A DNA stretch of 64,000 bases from the NCBI GenBank assembly GCA_951406725.2, contig OX597815.1, positions 17,298,001 to 17,362,000 of the forward strand, read 5' to 3'. Positions within the stretch are counted from its first letter, which is position 1, and every line of letters starts with the position of its first letter. Source of the stretch: Octopus vulgaris. Taxonomy: Eukaryota. Shown in pieces: positions 1 through 14,268 of the stretch. Both the position numbers and the translations under genes were made by a program. The notes beneath the pieces were generated by a model. That model did no database searches, was not told where the DNA came from, and worked only from the letters and a program-made list of their open reading frames with translations.

Positions 1-1242
1 TAATATTCTCCATATTCCAGTCGTATATATTACCAGGTTCATCTACTCTTAATTATTTTTATGAGTAGTTCTCTTCTTATTCTCTAATTTCCGAGTCTGG
101 GTCTAATTTAATTTTCCAGTTCTAATTAATTTAACACTGTAAGTAGATTTTGTATATTTGCTTAACCTCATATTCGTTAAATCGCGGTTGAACTTGTACG
201 CTTATTCTAGTAGATTCTCCATATAAGTACTATTTCTGAGATAATATCTTTAATCGCCCGTATAATGGTTCATAATTCATACTCTTAACCGGCTCTGATG
301 TCCTACAAAGATCGGTTATGTGACCCAGACTTTCTCTTTGTCCTTTAACTATCTCTTGCGGTTAACTCCAACTAAACATGTTCCTACGGAGGTGATATCA
401 CACTCCATTCTACCCTAGACACATCACATCATTGAACCTATGAACAAAGCTCTCAAAAATATTTTCAGGTAGAAGCAGACAACCTTATACCCTTCAACAC
501 TCGGATACTTGCAATGTTCACATGAAGGAAACAACCTATCACCCATCTTTTCTTGGCTTTAATCTACATAAGTTATCACAAATGTTAGGCGAAATCTGAC
601 AATCAACGACAGTCTCATCCGGAGGCTTGAAATAATTTTGCAGAACCTGCGTTCAGGAGAGTATCTTTCATTTTTTAGCTAGAAAATATTTTAGCCTGAA
701 GCTGCTGTCGACGCTCTACAAAGCAGAATGCTGATCCTATATCCGAGAAGGCGCTGCTGATACACAGAAAAACATCATACACAGCATTCAAAAGACAATC
801 AACTGGTTGACTATCAGGATCACGCCTACCAACATGGTTCAGCCTCCAGCTCAGACTCGCTGGTTCCTCATTCTGCCTTTTCTACCTCATATCAATCTCA
901 ACAGTCTCGAATAGCTTGCAAAGATCATGAAGCGGTTCTTTTCTCTCGACCGAAAACAATCATGAATTATGAACCATTATACGGGCGATTAAAAATATTA
1001 TCTCAGAAATAGTACTTACCTGGATAGTCTACTAAAATAAGTGTACAAATTCAACCGCAATTAAACGAATATGAGGTTAAACAAATGTATAAAATCTACT
1101 TACAGTGTTAAATTAATTAGAACTGAGAAAATTAAATTAGACCCAGACTTGGAAATTAGAGAATTAGAAGAGAACTACTCATAAAAATAATTAACAGTAG
1201 ATGAACCTGATAATATATACGACTGGAATATGGAGAATATTA
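1..1242. repeat. Long inverted repeat: 1-280 is the reverse complement of 962-1242, with a ~680 bp spacer; the left arm probably continues beyond the window
   Basis: TAATATTCTCCATATTCCAGTCGTATATATTA at 1 versus TAATATATACGACTGGAATATGGAGAATATTA ending at 1242; colinear with scattered substitutions. Confidence 0.9.
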
Positions 1243-2699
1243 GAAACTTGGAAAAATACAAGTACTAATGAAGAGTAAAGTTACCAGAAATGAGAATATA
1301 ACTACATTACAGTAATTATCTTAGCCATAAACTATAGCTTCCATAAAAATATATAAGTGAAATGAAGAGTCTAGATAAAGAAAATGAGAAACTAGACATT
1401 ACATTTTGGCCCCATCATCCTGAAGTAGTAAGAGGTTGGATATATCTACTTTCCACTCAGGGGACTTGATACAAAGAGAGATATATTCCAATATATCTAT
1501 AGTGAGTCTTAAAAAATACTTAGAAAAGCATAGATACATTAGTTTAATAGTGAAACAGTATTAAAAATAATGTAATACAAACTAGGAACTAATTATAACA
1601 AGGATAAGGTCTAGATAAGGTGAAAACTATAGAAAAAGAGTAATTATATGAATGATAAAATTCAGTCTAAAAAGAATACAGAAAAATTGGAAAAAAATCT
1701 CCACTTGATTAGTAAGTCTAGACAAAAAGGAAATGCCAGAATATGAAAGCTGACAATGGCTCAGAGGCTCTTAAACAGAAACGGAAGATTTTGAATTTAG
1801 CTGCTTAAGCTGAATTCCTAACCAAAAAAAAAAATCTACCCAAACGACAAATGCCTAAGTAATCAGCATCTTTTAAAATATTATTTTTCCTTTATGGCGC
1901 ATTTTGAAAACATTAGCGTTGTACACGGATTTTCAAAGTATCATCATGGACTCGCTGCATTTACGATGTCGGGAGTGACAAAAGTTTGCGTAATAACATC
2001 GGAATAACTGTAACACGGGATGTTCGCTGTTGTTAACATCTTTCGCTGATGAAAAAAAAGCGAAGTCTGTCAAAAGGCTGGGTCCGAGACAAACCTATAG
2101 TATAGGCTCATGTTTCCCCATGGAGGGATCGAACCCAGGACCTCATGGAGGTTGCAAAGCAAAGTTCTTAACGACTCGTTCGATCCTGAGAACACACACA
2201 CACACACACACACACAAACGCGCGGCACATATTCCTTCTACAAATTCCATTTAGAATGCGTTTGTTAACCCAGGAATATACGGTAAGGTACTTTAACAAC
2301 GTACCCTGAAGTTGGACTGGATCCAAACTGGGTACGAAGCGAAATCCTTGACCACAAAACTTTGCCTATACTTGTAAAGCATAAGAAGTTAATCTCCAGA
2401 TGCCTTGCCATCACATTATGCAACCAAAGATATGACTGTGTAAGAATCTTTTCACCGGGCCATATTTCGACAGCTCAACATAACTAAAAGGCAGGATATT
2501 AGCATGTACAAGACAACGTACATAACTCAGCTGACTAAAGTCATATCCCTGACTATAATCAGGAATATGATTGCACAAACCAAAAATTGATTGGATAGAT
2601 TTTTCAGCTTTCATTATGATTGATTATAATGAAATAATATGCAAAGTGAGAGGTATTTCGTTCCTCTTTGACATAAAACAAAAGGAAAAGCATTGCTTA

Positions 2700-3076
2700 A
2701 ATATCTTTTCTACTCTAGGCACAAGGCCCGAAATTTTGGAGGAGGGAGGGTCAGTCGATTAGATCGACACCAGTATGCAACTGGTACTTAATTTATCGAC
2801 CCCGAAAGGATGAAAGGCAAAGTCGATCTCGGTGGAATTTGAACTCAGAACGTAAAGACAGACGAAATACATATTTCTTTACTACCCACAAGGGGGCTAA
2901 ACACAGAGAGGACAAACAAGGACAGACAAACGGATTAAGTCGATTAACTGGTACTTATTTAATCGACCCCGAAAGGATGAAAAGCAAAGTCGACCTTGGC
3001 GGAATTTGAACTCAGAACGTAAAGACAGACGAAATACCGCTAAGTATTTCGCCCGACGTGCTAACGATTCTGCCAA
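2700..3076 (-). mobile_element. tRNA-derived SINE family A (MetaSINE-like central domain), dimeric copy
   Basis: B box GAGTTCAAATTCC and central CTTTCATCCTTTCGGGGTCGAT occur twice; matches many copies in the window. Confidence 0.85.
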
Positions 3077-4010
3077 ACTGATGTAGTACAAAAAACGTCT
3101 GTGCACTGGATATGATAAAGAAACAGAAACTTTAGTACCATTCCAGACTTTATAAACCAAATGTTCACTTAATAATAAATTAATCCTTTCTAATATAGGC
3201 ACAAGGCTCGGAATTTTGGGGAAGGAGATTAGTCGATTAAAACGACCCCAATATTTTACTGGTACTTAATTTATCAAACCCAAAACGTTGAAGGGCAAAG
3301 TTGGCCTCGGCAAAGGATGAAAGGTAAGGTGGAACTCCCCCTTTCAAACTACATATAAACAAGATATAGGCAATCACAATCACACCACTAATAACGAATG
3401 TACTCAAAACTCACACAGCCCGAACATCTCCCAACAGGCTTATAATGTACAGAATCGAATCAGTCCTTAATAAACTCAGTCAACTGGCACGTTATACCTT
3501 CTACACAGTCATCACCCAATACTACAAAATAGCGTACACTGTATTTCAAAGACTCAATAATCTAACACACATTTCATGATATATTCTATGCAACCACTTC
3601 ATAATACTATATAAATTTACATAGTACATATTCAATACAATGTCTTTCCAATACTCTAACATGACTCACACAGTAAATAATTTCCATAATCTCAATGTTA
3701 CAACTTATAAGTGTGTTTGTGTGTATTTGTGTGTGTGTATTCGTTCTCGGCAATCATTTGTAATTACATAACTTGTGCAATACGTACTCAACGTAGTCAC
3801 CTTCTGATACTATAACTAAGTTCAACAGAAACAAAACAGAAACAACACAGAAAAAAACAACAACAAAGCAAGCCAAAAATAACTGCATGTTTCCAGCAAC
3901 CGAGTACTACATACTATACGTATACACACATCAGACGAACGGCTATAAAATTCGTAATTTTGGTTAAAATCTTGTGTGAAACGCATTAAAACATAGAGAA
4001 ATGTCATATA

Positions 4011-4406
4011 TCTATATATATAAAACTGTAGTTGTGTGAGTGTCTGTCCCCTTTGATTTAGATTCCTAACTACTCCCACATTTTGCGGTGCAGTTTAACC
4101 AAAACCGGGTATCTTATAGTCGTGATTCATATCGAGCCCTTCTGGGTATTAGTGCGCGCGTCTACGATGAGTCTACGATTTTAAAAATAATTTACCATCA
4201 TTTTTTTCCATTTTCATGCATATTTTTTTAAAGGGAAGTAACTCTCTAAAAATGTTTACGATGAGTCAACGATTTAAAAAAAAAATTTACCATCATATTT
4301 TTTCCATTTTTAATGCATTTTTTGCTACTTTTTGGCTATAACTCTCTAAAAATGCTGTATAGTTATTTCCCTTACAAACCCGAGCAACGCCGGGCGATAC
4401 TGCTAG
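4011..4406 (+). mobile_element. Non-autonomous Helitron
   Basis: A|TCTATATATATAAAA 5' end; subterminal hairpin CCCGAGCAACGCCGGG; CTAG|T 3' end; no TSD; homologous copy at 42617-42998. Confidence 0.85.
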
Positions 4407-5825
4407 TATCGTATATATTTGATATTCGTGCCTGAAATTCATTCAAGACACACCTTGTATAATCGGCAGTTCGACCACTAGTCAACAGATAGCTGCGTGG
4501 ATCCACTCCTGTGATGTTATTTTTTTCGTTTCATGTTCTAAGGCTGCACTTGCGGACGCCATCTATGTTGATATACTTATCAACCGTTTATATTATAGTT
4601 AAATACTGATATATTTATTCTGGAATATAGAATTTCAGTGTGTTGCTGGACTATCTATTTCAGGCGCTCGATGTGATAATTTACTCCCTGGAGGTTAATT
4701 AGCTGTCAAATTGTTTACGATTCTCATAGGAGACGAGAGGAGACTAAATTGATATGCTTATGAAGTAAAAGAAAAAAGACGTTTATATTTATTTCGAGTA
4801 CGACATTCATAAGGATACATACGTGGTTCAGCTCCCGTACTTTCTTTTTGCTTCAGATTGTACTTGTAGACGTCACTTTCACATTTTTAAATCCCTTTTG
4901 CATCTGTGTCTGTGTGTGTATGTATGTGAGAGAGAGAAAGGGAGAGAGGGAGAGGGGGAAGGAACATCGAAAATTGTCTTAATTTCACGCGAAAGGGGGA
5001 GCAACGTCAATTTTCGGCAATTTCATCATTGTTTTCTCGCTTAGTTGTTTGAAACGACAAACCCGACTGAACTCAATCCTTATAATAATTTTAATGAAAT
5101 ATCCTTTTTGAGCTTTTTTTCGAAATAGTTTAAGGCAGCGATTTGACAACCGGGTAGTATTTGTTCTGATTTCTGCCGCTCTGAGTTCAAATTCCTGTGA
5201 GGTCATATTTACCCCTGATTTTTCTTGGGGTCGGTGGAGATTAATAAATAAGGTACTTCTCCATGATGATAGATTGAAAGAGTTGCTTCAGCGACGGACA
5301 GAAGACATTGGGGTACCTATACTGGCTAATTGTATTCTGACGGCAACGACTGTGGCGATACTGGTACCAAGTTGCATCGATCTTATCCTTTCCTCGGGCA
5401 ACAACTCTGGCGTGGAAAGTATGTATGATTAACGGCTGGTATTCCACAAAGAACCTTTGCCCAGGCCGGTACCTTAGAGAGGAACTTCTTGGATGCTAGT
5501 ACTCAGACCATATATAGCAAGTGTCAAAAGTCATTGAAGTTATTATTGTTGCTGATATTAGGTCGTAGATCCGTCCTGTTCGTGCCGCTGTACAACCGTA
5601 TACGTTCTTGTAGTGACCATCACGTCTTTTCTTGAGACGTGGTATATTTAGAGCTACATTAGACTCGGAGGACTTTGTTTCTAAGAGAAATTGATGAGAT
5701 TTGAGGAAGGTTTAACTCTTAATACTAGCAAATTGTAATATAAACGAAATTTAGAGGTCATAGAATAAATGAGTGATAAATTGACCCATTGGCTGATTGA
5801 TTGATAGAAAACTAGTATCACGTAA

Positions 5826-6216
5826 TCTCTCTCTCTATAAAGCTGAAGTTGTCTGTGTATGGCAGGTTTGGTAGCCTTCAACTAACACTATCTCCTGTGA
5901 GATCCTGCGGCGCAAGTTGACCAAATTTGAGAGTATGATAGAATAAGGCTTGCTCTTCCTTCCTTAGAAGAAAAAATTCAAATCGGACCATGTTAACACT
6001 AAAAATTATTTATATAAAAAAGGTGCTATTTTTCTATGAAAATTTGTATTTTTTACGATTTTTGATTGCTGTGTCACCATTTTTCGGTGTATTTCAATCA
6101 GAAAAATGTTCACTTAAAGAGAATAACAAGCTACATAATGCCAAACTTTTACTTTTCAAAAATTCCAATTCTAAAGGGTCGAAACAAATCCGAGCAACGC
6201 CGGGCGATACTGCTAG
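5826..6216 (+). mobile_element. Non-autonomous Helitron, second subfamily
   Basis: A|TC start; identical 3' end CCGAGCAACGCCGGGCGATACTGCTAG|T; interior unrelated to 4011-4406. Confidence 0.75.
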
Positions 6217-6269
6217 TTAGACATTAAAATTAAACGAAATGTTATGCGTCTTACTATTTTGGTTTCGAT

Positions 6270-6460
6270 AGGGCGGTGAGCTTGCAGAATCGTTAGCACG
6301 CCGGGCAAAATCCTCGACAGCATTTGGCCCATCATTACATTCTGATTTCAAATATCGCTAATGTGGACTTTACCATGCATCCTTTCGAGGTCAATAAAAT
6401 AAGTACCACTTTCCCTTTAACCCGAAATTTCTGGCCTTGTGCCAAAATTTGAAACCATTA
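6270..6460 (+). mobile_element. SINE family A, diverged monomer
   Basis: GGCGGTGAGCTTGCAGAA head, central domain and short GGCCTTGTGCCAAAATTTGAAA tail. Confidence 0.7.
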
Positions 6461-7559
6461 TTTTACTTTTGGTACTTTGGAATTGTAAATAGAATAAAAG
6501 AGTGTTGATATTGCAGTAGTCATCATGTTGATATACATCTATTTTTCTTTTTTCAATGTGAAACATGTTGTTTAGCCTCCAACCAGCAGACTTAGGATCA
6601 ACAATGTTGTAGCTGTAGCCATCCTGTTTTTCTATTTTTTAAATATTCAGATAATGTATCCAAGACTACATGATTGAAAGGATCTCTCTTTTTTTTATTA
6701 TCAGTAGCGCGTAATTTGAGCGAGGTTTGGCTTTCTTTTGTCTTTTGTTTTTAAACCGTGCAACAATATTGAAGCTCACTTCATTGACTGCGGTACATGT
6801 TCGTCAGATGTCGAACGTGTAAAACAGGAAACATAAATTTTAGAGGCAAATGATATAAAAGTTAATTAAAACCATATCAAATGTGTTAGAGAAAATGAAA
6901 GAGCAACAATAGTTGTTAAAGCTCGTTAGAATGTCTTGTAACTAATCATTATATAACTAACAGCCATGTAACTGTTTTGACAAAGGCAATGAGTTACCAC
7001 AGATAACAACTTATTTTGCTGTTATTGTTTGTGTTTATATCAAATTACGAGCATTCAGAGTAGAGAAGGCGTAGTTTTTCCTTTCTTTTCTATATGTTCC
7101 TTCTTAGATTTATATTAACTCTTTGTTTTGTATCCAACATGATCACTGGGTAGTTTTGTAGAGAAAAACTTCCGATTGTTTCTTCTTTTTATCCCCTCAG
7201 CAATGCTCTGCTGAGTAGTTTCCAGATACATTATATCAGTAATGACTATTTTTACGAGTCCCTATCATTTGGCTGCGGCTATAATGGGGTACTGTTACAA
7301 TTTGTTGTCTAACGCGTGTGTTATCATATACGTTTCTAATTATATACATTCTCATTGGAGATAATGGTAAAACTGGAAACTTGAACAAGATTCCAGAATT
7401 TTCTCCGTTTGAACGATGTTATTTTCATGGTCGTTACAGAATTATTGATATATGAATATATGTGGGTGAAATAAACATCAGAAATGCTTTGCCCCATGGA
7501 GAAACTGTAGGAGTTACTCAGAGGTTTTCCAAGCTCTTCTAAATCCATTGCAGTACTGG

Positions 7560-8570
7560 AAACATTTCTGCATCGTCAGCGGGTATCGCAGAGTGCCAAG
7601 CGTTATGGTCCTTTGCCTGCACGCCTGCCTGGGTGAGGTAGCGAGGACTTCAACTACGGAAGGTTTCCACTTGCGGGTTCTTATCTACAGAAACTTTGAA
7701 CTATTTTCAGCTGAAGTCCCCATCTCCTTGATGGCTTCCTCAGTTGTTTCGGTTTCAGACCCATCTTCTATAGAAAATAACGCCCTAATCTACCTGGAAA
7801 GCTGCAGTAGCCGATTTCATTGAGGAATGAGGCTGCATGCCATCCCTTGACAAGGGCCTCATCGACTAAGACCTGATATTTATTTTGTTTACTTTATCTG
7901 ATGGCAAATATGGTGTCTGTCCACCCAGGGAACTGTGAGCTCAACGACAATGATTCTTTTTACATTTCTAGAAAGCAGAAAGAAGCCTGGCTGGAGTGAT
8001 GTTATCAATATCTGTTATGGGGAAACAAATCTGCTCTTCAGGTCTATTTCATCACCTAGTCTGTGGCTGAATGCAAAATAGAAAACGGATCCTTTACCAT
8101 TGCTTTTACCTTGGGAGCTTTGTCACCATCCTTTAGGGATTTGACACTCTTTGGTGGTGGTAGCTGTTATTAGCTTTTATTCTTTACGGATCAGTTCACT
8201 TGGCAATTTCTGCAAGGATCTTGTCATGTCTCCACTTGTACCGGCCTTCTCCACTGCCCCAGGGCATCATGTCAGAATGTGGTTCAGCATGCAAAGAGTT
8301 GCTCTGCACTGCTTACAGGTTGGGATTGTTTCTTTCCCCATAATTTAAGGTTATTTGTGGTTGGCAAGAATCAACAATAGCACGCAGGAGAAAGGACAAT
8401 CTTCTCTGGTTCAAGAGTTCCTTCCAGAACAATAGGCGCTCGTGTGCCTGGTCCCACTGTATCCATTGACCCTGGCGGAAAGCCCTATACCTCCACCCGG
8501 TGATCCTTCTCTATTGAATCCCGTATCCTTTGTACTATGAGTTCTCTCCTGCTCTTGGTATTGATGCTTT
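7560..8570 (-). pseudogene. Decayed 3' part of an RLE-type non-LTR retrotransposon (HERO/NeSL-like)
   Basis: Manual minus-strand translation: CKQC...LNHILT*C...GRYKWRHD zinc knuckle (~8215-8325) and TSLQPG...IIVVELTVPW restriction-like endonuclease motif (~7920-8000); stops and frameshifts present. Confidence 0.75.
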
Positions 8571-10451
8571 TTCATCTTTTGGTGTTCTAATTACAAAGTC
8601 CTAACCGTCCTTGACAATCTCCAGGTGTTTCAAGAATGTCTCAGGTATCTTTACAGCTTCCTGATATTTCTATCATTGAAGTCTCATTAATGTTAGTAAA
8701 TATTCCTGCATTTGTCATAATATTTTTCTTGTTAGAGATATCAAATATTTACTGTAATAAAAAACGCAAACGAAATGCTGTCAGATGTTTTAACGAAAGA
8801 ATTTTTAAAAAATAGTCCAGTTTTTCTTTACAAAATGACATAAACGTCACAGAATCCTTTTTACTCCTATCTAAAAGCATGACTTTGTGCTTATAATGTT
8901 TCTGTCATAGGCCCAATGCATCAAATTGAGTTAGAATGTAATCTATATTTGTTTTATTGTATGAGTGAAACTCTAAATACATAACGACCACAAATACGTT
9001 TATGAAATCGGTATTAGTTCATTTAAGGAACGATGCTAATTATAAGATAGCAAGGGAGCCTCTAGATTAGTCACTCGCGTGCTAGTGCATAAGGGGTGGG
9101 ATGCACTGGTTAAGGACGTGGTTCGTGGTATGCTAGCCTGGAAAACTGTAGAGCGAGATACATTATGTGTGTTCTCTTATCTACTTGCTATATCGGAGCC
9201 GGCTTGGGTCGAAATACAAACAAAAGATATGTTACGACTTTTAGAAAACATAGTTTCCAACCTAAAATCTCTATTGAAATTCAATTGTTTTCGATCAAAT
9301 TCGATGTCCTATTTTAGCCTTTTTTTTATCAGTTTTAAAGGAATAATTCCATTCACTGGGCTCCAGTATTCGGTCGACTCCTTTTCTGTATAGGAATTCG
9401 ATATAATCTTTTCAAATGCTTTAACAGAATTGTGGGGCGGGTTAATTTGACAAGAATATTCATACACTCATCCATAGCTGTGCTGCTAAAGGGTTTTGCT
9501 CCACAATCATACGGTCTGGATTTCGATATCATTCCGCAGTACATTGAACTAGCGTTACTTACCTCCTTTAATATCACTGTCCTCCTTCTATTTCGAGCTT
9601 TGAGATAATTGTGTCCAAGTCAGCCCGTGATCGAGAAGACCTACGACATCTTAGCAGTGATCATATGTCTTTTCTCCTAAATGTCAGAAGCCTATAATAA
9701 AACAGAGCATGCTTCTTATGGTCATAAGATTTTATCCGAGGCTTCTTGATTTCGGATGACCGCGTAGTAACAGCTGCCATGTTAATTTGGAATTTACGAG
9801 ACTGATGAGAAAATTAGTAGAATCTGACAGTGCTGGAATCGATGCAATCTTCCAAAATCACAGAAGATAGCGCATAAGCACGTTAACAGTCTAATAACAA
9901 GCTAATGAAGACTACATTAGTTACAATGTAAACGACACGATAAACATGTTTGATTATTCTTAGTTAAACTGAACTGAAATTCATTTCAACAAATATTACG
10001 AGTACTTATCATAAGCAATTGAACTACAATTGATCGATATTGATCCTATCACTCGTGCAATCGTTTGAGCTTTTAGCCGATTTTTAGTGTTCTTGTTGAT
10101 ATCGTTTTTATTGTTATTAATGATGATGACGACCACGACAATAATGTCGACGATTACATAATTACTGTAGCAAATAATAGAAGCCATTATTATTGTATTA
10201 TCACGAGGAAGGCGTTAACATTGTTGGAATAAATAAATAAAGATGGCGTAATGAGTGTACTGACCACAAATACACGCCTTGTGCTGTCCCATCCTTTTCT
10301 ATTGTAAGTCCCATTGAATATTCATGCTAATCTATTTTCCTTTCAAATTCTATTTTCTACATTCTATTATTAGAATCTCTTCTTTATCGCAAAAGCCTAC
10401 TTTTACAGATCCCAACTTGTGCTGTCTACATAATTGGGAAACAATTTCACC

Positions 10452-10860
10452 AGGTGGCTGGCTGTGTGGTAAGTAGCTTGTTTACCAACCACATGGTCCC
10501 GGGTTCAGTCACACTGCGTGGCACCTTGGGCAAGTGTCTTCTACTATAGCCTCGGGCCGACCAAAGCCTTGTGAGTGGATTTGGTAGACGGAAACTGAAA
10601 GAAGCCCGTCGTATATATTTATATATATATATGCGTGTGTGTGTTTGTGTGTCTGTGTTTGTCCCCCTAGCATTGCATGACAACCGATGCTGGTGTGTTT
10701 ATGTCCCCGTTACCTAGCGGTTCGGCAAAAGAGTCCGATAGAATAAGTACTGGGCTTACAAAAGAATAAGTCCCGGGGTCGAGTTGCTCGACTAAAGGCG
10801 GTGCTCCAGCATGGCCGCAGTCAAATGACTGAAACAAGTAAAAGAGAGTAAAAGAAAAAG
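10452..10860 (+). mobile_element. tRNA-derived SINE family B (CORE-like) with internal (TA)n/(TG)n
   Basis: A/B-box head, ACCTTGGGCAAGTGTCTT CORE-like segment, tail ending GAAACAAGTAAAAGA; copies at 22860 and 45856. Confidence 0.85.
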
Positions 10861-11001
10861 AGAGGTGTTCCAAAGTAGTTATCTGTGCTATTCGGGACGT
10901 TTCGATGCTTAACTGCCAATATGGATTTTGTATAAGATTTTAACGTCAATGACCAATATTTTACGGCAAAAAGTATTCTATGTCATTGAAGGAACAATTG
11001 C

Positions 11002-11400
11002 AAGGCGGCGAGCTGGCAGAAACGTTAGCACGCCGGGCGAAATGCTTAGCGGTATTTCGTCTGCCGTTACGTTCTGAGTTCAAATTCCGCCGAGGTCGAC
11101 TTTGCCTTTCATCCTTTCGGGGTCGATAAATTAAGTACCAGTTACGCACTGGGGTCGATGTAATCGACTTAATCCGTTTGTCTGTCCTTGTGTGTCCTCT
11201 CTGTGTTTAGCCCTTTGTGGGTAGTAAAGAAATAGGTATTTCATTTGATGCTTCGTTCTGAGTTCAAATTCTGCCGAGGTCGACTTTGTCTTTCATCCTT
11301 TCGGGGTCAATAAATTAAGTACCAGTTGTGTACTGGGGTCGATATAATCAACTGGCCCCCTTCCACCAAAATTTCAGTACTTGTGCCTATATTAGAAAAG
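11002..11400 (+). mobile_element. SINE family A dimer (long-tail unit followed by short-tail unit)
   Basis: Full head GGCGGCGAGCTGGCAGAA; second unit joined at AAATAGGTATTTC. Confidence 0.9.
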
Positions 11401-13407
11401 TATATTGCGACAGTAACAGAATATAGAAAGAAGTGTAAAACTGATAACTATATAATCCATCCAAAATATCTCAGTTACTCAAACGTAAACAGAATTACTA
11501 TTCAACCTTAAAATACACCCTACATATTCAGAGAACTCTCTTGCTTTAGAGGTACGGAACTTTTTTCTCGATTTCTTTTATTCTTTTACTTGTTTCAGTT
11601 ATTTGACGGTGGCTATGCTGGAGCTCCACCCTTTAGTCGAAGAAATTGACCCCCTGGACTTATTCCCTGTAAACCTGGTGCTTATTCTATCAGTCTCTTC
11701 TGCTGAACAGCTAAGGTACAATAAAGAAATAGGAACAATTGCAAATATTATTCTCTAAAATTTGCCTGAAATACATCCAAATGGTATTCATATTGATAAC
11801 AACATATTGAAAACGTTAGAAAGGCAATTGAATATATAATAAATACCGTTAAATAAAGAAATGACTTTAAAAATGATTTATGTCAGGTAAATGATGTTGC
11901 GCGACCCATAAAATTATCCGGAGAGGTCGTTAGCGCTAGAAAAGAAATCGAGGCCTGAGATTTAATAAAGTGACGATAACGAACGAAGTTTATTCATGAG
12001 TGATCACGTATTCATTCTATGGCTTTCTTTAACACCTGAAAGAGTAGCAGCATTCACAAGTTTTTGAATAGATCGTTTAATATTCCATATTATGTATTTG
12101 CTCTTATAGCCTTTGTAGCCTCTTTTTTCATCAAGAGAAATTCCAAAAATCTGATATCTGCTTGTCATAAAAAGGAAACGAAAAGAAATATTGACAAATC
12201 TTTCATCGCAGAATTTCAATTCAACAACTTCCAGTGAGAAATGGAGCGGCTTTGTATAAATGGTACATTAGTCTATATTTCGGCAAAATTACGGATATGT
12301 AGCTGGAAACCGAAATTAATGTTCTTTTCTTGTAAAAGGGTCAAAATAGATATAAATATAGGAAGTACAATATTTATATTCGTAATAATTTGATTAAGTG
12401 AGTGATTTTAACTGTCTTATAAATTAAGTAGATACAACTGTGTACACAACAGATATGGTTTGGGCACAACATAGATACCGCAAGAACATAGTATTGTACA
12501 TATTAACCGTTATTTGTATCAATACATATTTTCTGTGGGCTAGTTTGAGATATGCACAATGCAATGGGACAGCGAAGTGATTTCTATAAAGTTTGAACCA
12601 GTCACATGCCCAAACGTACACATAGGGATATTAGGTTTAAGTATTAGTATGGGTGTGTAAGTGTGTGTGTGTGTGTTTAAATTACTTATTAAAACAGCCA
12701 AATTAAAATGGAATCGACCATGTTACTAAAATGTTCACTTATAAACAACTTCAACAGGGAATAGACAGTTGGAGGCATAAAGATTAAAGCAAGAGATGTC
12801 AAAACTTACATGTACATATATGTCTTGATACGGAAACGTTGTACAGGCACATATTGAAGCATTTGGATATAAACATATAACCGGTCTATAATGCTTAGAA
12901 AGTAAACACTTCTATTAAATCGAATCTGCCAACTGGATTATAAAAGTAAATTTAATGAATCATGTACGATAAAAATGTGTGCGTGTATGTGTGTGTGTGT
13001 GTGTCTGTGTGTGAAAGTGTTATACACTTCATCCCGTATATGACAGCCATGTGCGTTTCCATTGTCAGCGTGGTTGAACGTAGTTCACAAATCTATCGGC
13101 AATTCTTTCTCGATCCCTTTTATTTCAAACGACATCTCAGATTTTTATTGTTGAATAACTGTGCAAAAGTGCTTCCGTTTCATCTGCACGAGATGACTGC
13201 CTGGCATACGACACTCTTTTCACAACAGGTGTATGAGCACCGAAACCAAACAATGCAACAGAAAATATACCCTATGGAAACGGAAACGTTCCCCCATAAG
13301 AAATAAATGTGTAAAGACTTAATTAAAATTATTAAAAAATTGTTTCTTGACAAAATTTAACAGGATTAATAAATCTCTGAACGAGGTATAAACAGTAACT
13401 GCACTAC

Positions 13408-13554
13408 AATGTGAGGTATATTTGCCATCTCAATATGGCTAACCACTAGGGGTAGGGTGGGTGTTACTGTCGCTTGTTCTCCTGGGGCTACAAGCTACAG
13501 TAACACCCACCCTTAGTGGTTAGCCATATTGAGATGGCAAATATACCTCACATT
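13408..13554. mobile_element. Near-perfect 147-bp palindrome (hairpin MITE-like)
   Basis: AATGTGAGGTATATTTGCCATCTCAATATGGCTAACCACTA is matched exactly by its reverse complement ending at 13554; inner arm GGGTGGGTGTTACTGT also pairs. Confidence 0.85.
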
Positions 13555-13754
13555 TAACAAGATATTTTCCGACTAAACTTAAGGAACGAACAAAACATGG
13601 AATCTGCAAATTAACTCAGCTCTTAAATTTGTGCATATAAGCCATTATTCTTGCCAGTTATGTTGCTGGCATTGCCATAATTTTGATCAAGGCAGTCTTT
13701 TATGTCAATGCCGTCTTTCTTTAACAAGTCAAGTAACCTATTTTTTTTTTTTTT

Positions 13755-13971
13755 TGTACTTGTTTCAGTCATTTGACTGCGGCCATGCTGGAGCACCGCC
13801 TTTTAGAGTGGTGAAAGAGTACAGCAGGGATCACCACCTCCTGCCGGAGCCTCGTGGAGCTTTTAGGTGTTTTTCGCTCAATAAACACACACAACGCCCG
13901 GTCTGGGAATCGAAACCGCGATCCTCCGACCGCAAGTCCGCTGCCCTAACCACTAGGCCATTGCGCCTCCA
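13755..13971 (-). mobile_element. Chimeric SINE: family C head/body with family B 3' tail
   Basis: GGAGGCGCAATGGCC head; the same chimera recurs at 34245-34455. Confidence 0.8.
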
Positions 13972-14268
13972 CAACCTATGAGTAGGTTGTTCATCAATCA
14001 TCCACATCTCCAAATTCACAAATCTTTCAGTTGACCCAGACTTTGACACACATCGCGCTAAATTAGTTGGTCCATTTTGGATGAAGCTGAAGCTAGTATC
14101 AAATGAATCGGAATAATAATTATGCAGCTTTTATTTTAATGATAAAGTGATCCAGTATACTGAATCTAATCAGATTGATTGTATCATTTATATTTTCATG
14201 TATCATCTATGTTTTCTATATTTGTTTGTATGAATAGCTATATGATATACTGACAAGGTCAGACTTTG

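Noticed and set aside
3325-3400. Possible PLE remnant (WNSPF...DIG)
   Set aside because: Too short and degenerate to support
11002-11095. tRNA genes at SINE heads (also 21109, 28056, 50285)
   Set aside because: A/B boxes run into SINE bodies and do not close a canonical cloverleaf
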